Positions 50,233 through 64,000 of a DNA stretch of 64,000 nucleotides are shown piece by piece (position 1 is the stretch's first letter; each line of letters begins with the position of its first letter). The notes below the pieces were generated by a model. That model was given only the letters and a program-made list of their open reading frames with translations. It did no database searches and was not told the origin of the DNA. The DNA is from Macrostomum lignano. Lineage: Eukaryota. The position numbers and the translations under genes are program-made. The stretch lies in contig NIVC01002123.1 of assembly GCA_002269645.1 (NCBI GenBank), forward strand, positions 124,001 to 188,000. The letters run 5' to 3'.

Positions 50233-53200
50233 ATGGGTCAGGGATTGGGCCGGAAAGAGTGCGAAGAGGTTCAGCGGAATTATCGATGTGAGTTGGGGAG
50301 TTGAGCTTCGATCGATGTGCCACTTCTAGGGAGTTTGGGGCGCCATTTTGAGAGTTAGGGGCGCCACTTTTAGAGAGTTAGGGACGCCACTTTTAGAGAG
50401 TTAGGGGCGCCACTTTTAGAGAGTTAGGAGCCTCATTTTGAGAGTTAGGTACGCCACTTTTAGAGAGTTAGGAGCCTCATTTTGAGAGTTAGGTACGCCA
50501 CTTTTAGAGAGTTAGGAGCCTCATTTTGAGAGTTAGGGGCGCCACTTTTAGAGAGTTAGGAGCCTCATTTTGAGAGTTAGGGGCGCCACTTTTAGAGAGT
50601 TAGGAGCCTCATTTTGAGAGTTAGGTACGCGCCACTTTTAGAGAGTTAGGAGCCTCATTTTGAGAGTTAGGTACGCGCCACTTTTAGAGAGTTAGGAGCC
50701 TCATTTTGAGAGTTAGGTACGCGCCACTTTTAGAGAGTTAGGAGCCTCATTTTGAGAGTTAGGTACGCGCCACTTTTAGAGAGTTAGGAGCCTCATTTTG
50801 AGAGTTAGGTACGCGCCACTTTTAGAGAGTTAGGAGCCTCATTTTGAGAGTTAGGTACGCCACTTTTAGAGAGTTAGGAGCCTCATTTTGAGAGTTAGGG
50901 GCGCCACTTTTAGAGAGTTAGGAGCCTCATTTTGAGAGTTAGGTACGCGCCACTTTTAGAGAGTTAGGAGCCTCATTTTGAGAGTTAGGTACGCGCCACT
51001 TTTAGAGAGTTAGGGACGCCACTTTTAGAGAGTTAGGGGCGCCACTTTTAGAGAGTTAGGAGCCTCATTTTGAGAGTTAGGTACGCCACTTTTAGAGAGT
51101 TAGGAGCCTCATTTTGAGAGTTAGGTACGCGCCACTTTTAGAGAGTTAGGAGCCTCATTTTGAGAGTTAGGTACGCGCCACTTTTAGAGAGTTAGGAGCC
51201 TCATTTTGAGAGTTAGGGGCACCACTTTTAGAGAGCTTGGGCGCATTTTTAGGGAGTTAGAGGCGGCATTTTTAGGGAGTTAGAGGCGGCATTTTTAGGG
51301 AGTTAGAGGCGGCATTTTTAGGGAGTTAGGGGCGGCATTTTTAGGGAGTTAGAGGCGGCATTTTTAGGGAGTTAGAGGCGGCATTTTTAGGGAGTTAGAG
51401 GCGGCATTTTTAGGGAGTTAGGGGCGGCATTTTTAGGGAGTTAGGGGCGGCATTTTTAGGGAGTTAGGGGCGGCATTTTTAGGGAGTTAGAGGCGGCATT
51501 TTTAGGGAGTTAGAGCGCCACTTTTTGGACAGTCCGTTTGAGAGGGTTCTTACCAATCAGACCGCCAATATGCCTCACCAACCCTTCCCAAATATCGCAG
51601 TGGACGAAGACGAACTGGACGCCTGGGTTCGCGTGTTCCAGCGCTACTGCCGGCGCCGTCGCAACAACGAGATGGACTTCGACGGCTTCTGCAAGGCTTT
51701 CGCCGAGAGCGGCGAGTCCAGGACAAATTTGCAGAAGATTTTCGCCGTGTTCGATTGGGACAAAAACGGCGTGATCTCCTTCAATGAGTTCATGTTCGCC
51801 GTGCTGGTGAACAGCAGGGTGTCCTCGAGAGTCAAGTTAAAGTGTGCGTGCTGGGTCGGGGGCTGAGTGGGTCATTAGATCTATGAATCAAGAAATCTGT
51901 AGGTCAAGGGATTGCTGGGTCAAGGGATCTGCGGGTCAAGGGATTGCTGGGTTAAAGGATCTGTTCGTCAGTGGATCTATGGGTCAAGGGATCTGTGAGT
52001 GAAGTTATCTGTGGGTCAGTGGATCGGTGGGTCAAGTGATCTGTGAGTCAAGGGATTTTTGGGTCAAGGGATCTGTGGGTTAATGGATCAGTGAGTCAAT
52101 GGATCTGAGGGTCAAGGGATCTGTGGGTTAATGGATCAGTGAGTCAATGGATCTGAGGGTCAAGGGATCTGTGGGTTAATGGGATCTGTGGGTTAATGGA
52201 TCAGTGAGTCAATGGATCTGAGGGTCAAGGGATCTGTGGGTTAATGGGATCTGTGGGTTAATGGATCAGTGAGTCAATGGATCTGAGGGTCAAGGGATCT
52301 GTGGGTTAATGGGATCTGAGGGTTAATGGGATCTGTGGGTTAATGGATCAGTGAGTCAATGGATTTGAGGGTCAATTTTCCGATCAAAAGACTTAAAGTT
52401 AGTAGAGCTCGAGAACAAAGTTTATGCATCAAAAGAAGTCTGCTTCGGTGACAATATCTTTTAAGTAAAAGTTACATGGCACCTGTCCACATTTGCAGTC
52501 GCATTCGATATGATTGACCGAGACGGGAATGGCGAGATTGACGAGAGAGAGCTAATGGACCTGGTGTTCCGCATCAGCTCCACCAAGTCCATGCTCATGT
52601 TCGATGATGAAACTCCTATAAGCGAAGAGCTAGTGCACGATACTTTTAGGAATATGGACACCGTGAGTGAAAACAATATTCAGTGTTGTTATGGTGACTA
52701 GACTCGCAGTGACTGCCACAATTTGTGCCACAATCAGTGCCACAATCAGTGCCACAATCAGTGCCACAATCAATGCCACAGACAGTGCCACAATCAATGC
52801 CACAATCAGTGCCACAATCAATGCCACAGACAGTGCCACAATCAGTGCCACAATCAGTAACACAGTCAGTGCCACAATCAGTGCCACAATCAGTGCCGCA
52901 ATTTTTGGCACAATCAGTGCCACAATCAGTGCCACAATCAGTGCCGCAATTTTTGGCACAATCAGTGCCACAATCAGTGCCACAGACAGTGCCACAATCA
53001 GTGCCACAATCAGTAACACAGTCAGTGCCACTATCAGTGCCACAATCAGTAACACAGTCAGTGCCACTATCAGTGCCACAATCAGTGCCACAGTCAGTGC
53101 CACAATCAATGCCACAGTCAGTGCCACAATCAATGCCACAGTCAGTGCCACAATCAGTGCCACAATCAGTAACACAGTCAATGCCACAGACAGTGCCACA

Positions 53201-53366
53201 ATCAGTGCCACAGTCAGTCAGGCAGTGCCGCTTCCCAACTGGCATTCAAAAAATCCCTCTCACACCGCAGAACGGTGATGGCAGCATCTCGCTCGATGAG
53301 TTCTTGGAGCAGGTGGGCCGCCACGGGGAGTGGATTTTGAAGCTGCTGGAAATCCGTCATCGCTGA
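50233..53366 (+). CDS. Neuronal calcium sensor (recoverin/GCAP/NCS-family) EF-hand protein, copy A (185 aa). Exons 50233-50287, 51601-51843, 52499-52662, 53271-53366
   Basis: MGQG N-terminus; EF loops [36 protein letters not shown]; K-FAF-M-D motif; phase-compatible GT-AG junctions, 558 nt. Confidence 0.88.
50340..51520 (+). repeat. Two adjacent 21-25-bp minisatellites (GAGAGTTAGG... and GAGTTAG(A/G)GGCGGCATTTTTAGG) in NCS-A intron 1
   Basis: Direct periodicity. Confidence 0.93.
51890..52375 (+). repeat. ~16-17-bp degenerate minisatellite GGATCTGTGGGT(C/T)AA(G/T)G in NCS-A intron 2
   Basis: Direct periodicity. Confidence 0.88.
52710..53215 (+). repeat. 12-bp minisatellite CAGTGCCACAAT in NCS-A intron 3
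   Basis: Direct periodicity. Confidence 0.94.
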
Positions 53367-53699
53367 GAGTTGGAACTGCTTCACCCAGCTGCGAAAGCAG
53401 TTCTCGCGAATTGCAGTACAACTAGCAAAATTTGTAAACGCTCCATGTTTGTAAATTATTATCTAATGTTCGTCGCTATTGTCTATTAATTCGAAATCAT
53501 ATTTTTGCTATGTTCAACTGTTTTGTGTATTGAGTGTATTAAATGTGCCTCACAACATGTGATAGTCCCAATTATTTATGTCCATATATATTGGTTTTCT
53601 TTGATTGAGATTTTACCTATTCAGAAAATAAACTAAAGAATGTCGTCTGTTCGCCTAACAATTGTTGCACCATTCCACAGTTAAAGAGATACTAAAATA

Positions 53700-54113
53700 A
53701 CTAGATGGGCCACTCAGGCATATAATACTTAGTAAAACGCTTTCTACTTTCAGTTCAGTAGCAAAGAAGAATATATAAGCTATTTTATAAAATAAAGGCA
53801 GATGAAATGACTGATAAGTCTAGAAGCCAAGCTTGCAGGCGTAAACAGCTTGCTAATTGGTTCAGCAATATTGTACATTGGCCAGTCCACTGAAATGTAC
53901 ATACCAGCTTTAAGCTTGAATTCCGAAGAAGGCAATAAAAATTGGGGTGGGGCGGGGGGTAGTGTTAAAAGGCGCGGTTGGAGTGTTTATGCTAGGAGTA
54001 AGAGCCGCCAGTAAATGAGCCTTGGCTTTAAAAATACATTAAAATGCTGCTGTTTAACTTACTACTGAACTGAAAGTAGTTTACTCGCAAATGTGCTGAG
54101 TGGCCCATCTAGT
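53700..54113. mobile_element. MITE with TIR ACTAGATGGGCCACTCAG (extended imperfect arms) flanked by TA
   Basis: Perfect 22-bp inverted repeat 53696-53717 / 54096-54117; further inverted match CTACTTTCAGTTCAGTAG / CTACTGAACTGAAAGTAG. Confidence 0.75.
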
Positions 54114-54426
54114 TATTCTAGAATCTGTGCTCTGCCCTAGGAAAAGTTGGTCACTGCTGCCCTGCAGACAATCATGTGGCGCGTTTTCATGGCCACATGA
54201 CTACACTGGACGCTACCCGCTCTTTCACTCCCCCTCTCTGGACAATCGAACAACCGTACAATTGCAGCAGCAGTAGTGACGAGCGGTTTCTGGGTGCATG
54301 ACCGAATGAAGAAGCTCAATATAGCCTATCCTATTCTTCTCTTCTTTACTCCTACACTGAGACCTATAGGCATTTGAGTGAGGAGTGAGAACACGACAGA
54401 GTACAGATTTATACTACCTTAATTTT

Positions 54427-54474
<48 letters not shown>

Positions 54475-54683
54475 TGCGTGTACAATGCAACCTACATTGT
54501 ACATGCGACTCTATGCTAAACAGAAAGGTGAAAAAAGCATTGAAAAAATACAAAACAGATGAAAGCAACGAATGAAGCTAGAGAACCACAGGCAACCTCA
54601 GCTCATATTGCAAGTACAGTTAGTTCAACGAAATTCACAAAGACTCCAACAGTTTTACAGACATCTGGAATCTGGACTGAGCA

Positions 54684-58444
<3,761 letters not shown>

Positions 58445-59174
58445 GCTTGGACAACGGTCTGAGATTATATACTGACGAATAACATAGGATATTTATTTGT
58501 AAAATCTTCACAAAATTGATTTTACATACGCCTGTGCAGTGTGCATACATTCTTATACATTATAAAGATCCTGCTGGAGTGTGTACAATATTTTTTTCAA
58601 AAACAGCTATAGACTTTGCACAATGTGCAATTAATCTTACATGTGCCACTGTGTCTATCCAACTCACTGCTTGGTAGCTATAATGACAGCTCAGAGCTGA
58701 CTGCTTCAGCTAGGCCGCCTGCCCCAAGGCACAGAGAGATTGAGTGTACATACCTTAAATCCGAAATTCGCCAAATGGACTACACAGACCAAGGAATTGC
58801 ACAATGTACATGTACTCGTACGAGCGTACGAGCTTCCGCAGTAAAATACAAATCAGCCCATCGTATGCATTTAAATTGTTAACATTTCTTAATTTAAATT
58901 GGTCCAAATATAAATTAGGCAAGTCTTTCTCAGGACACTTGTACTAAGCTTGTACAGCCGTGCATGGCCTGCTGTTGGGAACAGTGCCAAGCGCCCGGCA
59001 ACTCCGGGCGGATTAAATGTATTAAAAATGTAAAAATACCAATTTAGCAGCGACATCGACGTAGAGGTCGGAAATATCGGCTGTCGTCGTCGAAGTGTTT
59101 TCGGGTACGTTTGTCTGCTTGTTAATGTTTGTCATGATATTGTTTGTTTGTCTGTTTGTTTTTGTTTGATTGTC

Positions 59175-59175
59175 C

Positions 59176-59259
<84 letters not shown>

Positions 59260-59262
59260 TAG

Positions 59263-59295
<33 letters not shown>

Positions 59296-59386
59296 GTCTG
59301 TCTGTCTGTCTGTCTTAGTGTCTGTCTGTCTGTCTTAGTGTCTGTCTGTCTGTCTTAGTGTCTGTCTGTCTGTCTTAGTGTCTTAG

Positions 59387-59451
<65 letters not shown>

Positions 59452-59467
59452 GCCTGTCTGTCTGTCT
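59175..59467 (+). repeat. (TCTG)n microsatellite with TTAG interruptions
   Basis: Direct observation. Confidence 0.96.
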
Positions 59468-61016
59468 AACGTGTTACTGTCTGTGTTTGCATGTACGTGG
59501 ATATCTGGCCATTGTTTTTCAAAGATATTTGCATTTCAGTTTAACTGGACCTCCAGCCTGGTAGTAGACCTAAACCTATAAACAGGAATCCATAGTTTAC
59601 ACACATGTAGTTTCTGGTCTTCCGCGGGTGTAGACCACCCAGGCGATTTACACATGTACTAGCTGAAGCGAAGAATTACTTGTATGGCCCAATTGTATAT
59701 GTTGAAGTGAAAGATAGTATGAGAGTAAAGAGTACATACATGGTACATGGAAATTATAGTAAGAGAATTGCGTTAGCTTTCTGTTTTTCACCCCATATAG
59801 TGTGGCAGGATTGGGACCAACAATGAGGACTACTGTAGTTGAATTCATGGGGGTCATGACCCCCCCCAGCTGAACCAGCAGGCCAAATTTTAAGCACCCG
59901 GCCCGACCTTCCCTGTCGCAGAGGCCTACACCCCCTGCCCCCCCCCCGGTTGCCGTTGTGAGCCTGTGCCTGTGACCCCCCCCAGAAGGAAATCCTGGCT
60001 ACGCCACTGGTTGAATTACGTCTTTCTTATTTGTACATGTATGTACATGTGTCTATTTTAATTCAATATTCATTGCAGGTCCATTGTGGGTCTTTATAAC
60101 AATTAGAATCTAGTAATTGAGTGGATCGGCTGCTCTCTACAAAAGTGTAACAGCAGTGGTATTATGAGCAACAGTGAGTCTATCAGAAAGCCTAACATAA
60201 TTTCTTTCGACTTTGTTTTCGACCCATAAGCAATATCGATGTAACAGTCTGCCCATTCCGGAAGCGGCTATGCATAAAGTGTTTAGAATTAAACTAATTG
60301 CTAAGAAAAAAATTTAACATTTAATTTCTTTTACGTCTGCTTTTTTATTAAAGAGTTTAAAAAGTTAAAACTTATTTAAATTTTTTTGTTATTTATTTAA
60401 GTGTGAATAATTTTAAGTCTTGACTTTCCATGACCTTCACATAATTTCTAGAATCTAGTAGTAATCGAGTGTTAGAGTAACTCTTAACATACTACATTTA
60501 AAAAATGTTAAATAAAAGCAAACATTTCTTCTTGTGTTGTTTTTTGTATTGCTGCATTTTGTTGGGGTCAGATCGACCCTTGTCACTAATAGTTAACTTA
60601 AATCAAGATTTCTCAATTTATAACTCTCGTTAGGGGTCGGTTGGACGATATCATCATACGATACGAGCTATTCGAGATTTTCGAGACTCGATCTATTTTC
60701 AAGATAATCGAGATTCTATGACTCGAGAGATTCGTGATTGAGCTTGATTAGCATCTAGTAGACCTACTTACTTACACTTACACTAGGCCTATTCTACCTA
60801 TCAATGCTAGTATCTTTTTATTAAATGTTTATAAGTATGATAATGATATAGATTATAGAAAGAAAAAAATTATTTAATAATGAGCTTGTTAGTAACTTGA
60901 TCTGACGTGATGTACATCAAGTATAAAAATGATAATGTTGTAGTCACCAATAGTCACATAGTCAAGGCAGATATGAGTTTGGCCTAGCAAATGGTAGGGG
61001 CTCTATATATTTAAAT

Positions 61017-63030
61017 GGCAGTGCTTATCCCCACGGTACCGTAGGAATAATTTCTGTCTTATTCCAACGGTACCATGCGAATAATTTTCTGCTTATCCAC
61101 ACGGCACACTGAGGAGATAGCTGCCCTATCTAGGCTATCTTCTACATATGCCATGCAAATAATTTTCTGCTTATCCGCACGGCACACTGAGGAGATAGCT
61201 GCCCTATCTTCTACATATGCCATGTGAATAATTTTCTGCTTATCCGCACGGCACACTGACGAGATAGCTGCCCTATCTTCTACATATGCCGTGCGAATAA
61301 TTTTCTGCTTATCTGCATGGCACACTGACGAGATAGCTGCCCTATCTTCTACATATGCCGTGCGAATAATTTTCTGCTTATCCGCATGGCACACTGACGA
61401 GATAGCTGCCCTATCTTCTACATATGCCGTGCGAATAATTTTCTGCTTATCCGCACGGCACACTGATGAGATAGCTGCCCTATCTTCTACATATGCCGTG
61501 CGAATAATTTTCTGCTTATCCGCACGGCACACTGACGAGAAAGTTGCCCTATCTTCTACATATGCCGTGCAAATAATTTTCTGCTTATCCGCACGGCACA
61601 CTGATGATATAGCTGCCTTATCTTCTACATATGCCGTGTAGGAAGTTTATTACATACAATTTGAGTGCAGTATAACAACATAACTTGGCTTGAACATTTG
61701 TTGATTGAAAATGTGTCTTGTCAGGCTCCATGCTTCGACTATGTTTTCCTAGGCTTGTTGCATGCCGTGGCCTATAGACACTCAAGGGTTTTTAGCCTGA
61801 CTTGTGTGTTTTTCTCGTAGCAAGCCAGTTTTTTAGCAGCCAGTTTGTGTCCCATTTTTATTGAAGTGAAAAATTATGGAATAATAGCTATTTTTAGCAG
61901 AGTTATAGCTTAAATGACAATACTTTTGTTCCACCCGAGCAGCTGCTGCTGTTTGACAAAAAATTACGCAGTAGTATATTTTAAATATTTGCGGTACCAC
62001 TATTATTCTCAATTTGCTATACCATAATTAGCTCCATTTATCCTGCAAGCCTGCTGGTACTCAAAAAGTCAGACGTTTTATTTGCATTTCTTTCTTTTCA
62101 ATTTTTTCTTCTACTCATAATATTTCACATTCGACTTTGCCCGCAGAAATTCTATCTGCTACATCTTAACATTATGTAGAAGCATATTATTATTAACTGC
62201 GCATGGTGCTAATACTTTTATTACTGTATTTCTATTTAAAACTAATTCAAAATATTTTGTCCGAAATAATGCAAAAAGGTTAGCATAAAATTTGCGAAAA
62301 GAGGTCAGTACGAGCTAAAAATCACAAATGAGAAATAAAAATACGTGCTGCACGAATCAGTTATAAAAAAGCAGAATATGCGCTCGTACTATCACGTTTT
62401 AGTCTAGGGACAGTTGCTACCTTCTCTGTTACATTTTTATGATATACCTTACGTGTGTTTACTGTTACCTCTGTACTGTCCTTGAACCATTAGGTATGAG
62501 TGCTTTGTCCTCGGGTGAGAGATTGACGCTTAAAGTTCGGGACAATGTTTTGAGATTTCTCTAAAGAACCTAATTTCGAACGGGAGTACACAAGAAACTG
62601 AGTATACAATGGCTATCACAACCAAAGTGTCTAATAAAAATATGTTATTATGATCAATTTTATACTTTAGAATGAAATATATTTTGTACACGTGCTTTTA
62701 CAAAAAACGATCCATTTTCCTTTCCGAAAATCACCACTTTAGGTAACTTGATGAATCCTATTTTCATTTTATTTCTACTTTTGAACAGTAATAATGCAAA
62801 AAGCAGAAAGCAGAAAAAGCAGAAAATTATTTGCACGGCATATGTAGAAGATAGGGCAGCTATCTCGTCAGTGTGCCATGCGGATAAGCAGAAAATTATT
62901 CACATGGCATATGTAGAAGATAGGACAGCTATCTCCTCAGTGTGCCGTGCAGATAAGCAGAAAATTATTCACACGGTACTGTTGGAATAAGACAAATTAT
63001 TCCTATGGTACCGTGGAGATAAGCACTGCC
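61017..63030. mobile_element. Foldback / Mutator-like (MULE) non-autonomous element, 2014 bp, with long TIRs built from a 69-bp tandem unit and 9-bp TSD TATTTAAAT
   Basis: Ends GGCAGTGCTTATC / GATAAGCACTGCC; TSD at 61008-61016 and 63031-63039; about 8 units of the 69-mer at 61080-61640 and about 2.5 inverted units at 62815-62970. Confidence 0.88.
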
Positions 63031-64000
63031 TATTTAAATACAGAATCCAAAGAAGGGAACTGTTAATTCAGTGACAGTCAGTTTGGTGACATCCATTTTG
63101 GTAACAGGTTACTTTGGCGACAAATGTGTGTCTAGCCAATGCAAATGATTCAATAGAGAAATTTTTGTAAAAAAACCCTTTTTGTCATAAATTAAAAATC
63201 AATTTTGAATTTAGGTTAAAATAGTTTTCTTGGTAATTACTGTATTTCAATGTCTTGCTAAGTTAAGATACATAATATGTCTAAGGGATATTACATTTTT
63301 TTTGTGTAAGCAAAGGATTTCTAATAAATAAATAAACAAAAAAATAAATCTAACAATCTTAATTTAATTTAATATTTTTTTGCTTTAGGCCCTATGCTTT
63401 GCCAGTATGCATGGACATAGTATTTTATTTTTTTATTTTATAAGCTTTTGACAAGTTAATTTTCAACAAAATAAGGAAGTATAAGTATAGAGGTAAATAG
63501 CATGTTTCTGAGAAGCACTTTGCTTTGAGTACTTAGTAGTAATGGTAAGTAAGTTTGGCTTAGGCAGGAAGCCTGTTTGGCCAGTATATGTAAGTGTATT
63601 TAATGAAAATTTAAAAGTAGAAAGAAAACCTTATGCATAAATATGAGTTTTGCAATAGTATAGTATTTGAAAGAGTGCCTAAATTTTTCAAATGAAGAAA
63701 AAGTATTTAAATAGGCCTAAGGAATTAAAAAACAAGCATTGTATAAACTTGATATATGTGATTGTAATGTGATGTAAATGTAATTTAATGTAATGTGATT
63801 TGAAAGAAATCTTTTAAAAATTTAAATATAGGGCCTACATCTTTTTCTTAGAAACACTTCACTTTAAACAAGACAAGCAGTCCTTTTCAAAACTGACCTA
63901 TTTAAGCAAGGCATCAAATTACAAGTGACTAATCTAGAGTATTTATTGCAGTTTAAATGTGAAATTATGCATACATTATTTGTTATCAAGTAACCTGTTG

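Noticed and set aside
50340-51520. Interstitial telomeric repeat
   Set aside because: Only isolated GTTAGG(G) motifs within longer units; no tandem TTAGGG.
59830-60010. Complete hAT element ending GGCTACGCCACTG
   Set aside because: Only one terminus is recognisable, with no partner TIR or TSD; probably a fragment.

Overview
Eukaryotic (metazoan) genomic DNA. Most likely a macrostomid flatworm such as Macrostomum; this is inferred only from GC-rich exons, GT-AG introns and the extreme minisatellite load. No prokaryotic systems (CRISPR, operons, rRNA) are present. Nine protein-coding loci were reconstructed by hand from splice sites: the 3' end of EFHC1/Rib72, a single-exon C-type lectin, TMEM120 (with a damaged ~70-bp exon segment), SYAP1-like (BSD domain), two tandem SLC16/MCT-type transporters showing patchy near-identity, a single-exon class A peptide GPCR, and two tandem divergent neuronal-calcium-sensor EF-hand genes. 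About 25 different tandem arrays fill most introns and intergenic gaps and explain nearly all long ORFs in the supplied track. Several transposon insertions keep intact target-site duplications: four hAT-type MITEs (8 bp), one foldback/Mutator-like element (9 bp) and one 5'-truncated LINE (13 bp). There is also a tRNA-derived SINE pair and a 616-nt assembly gap.
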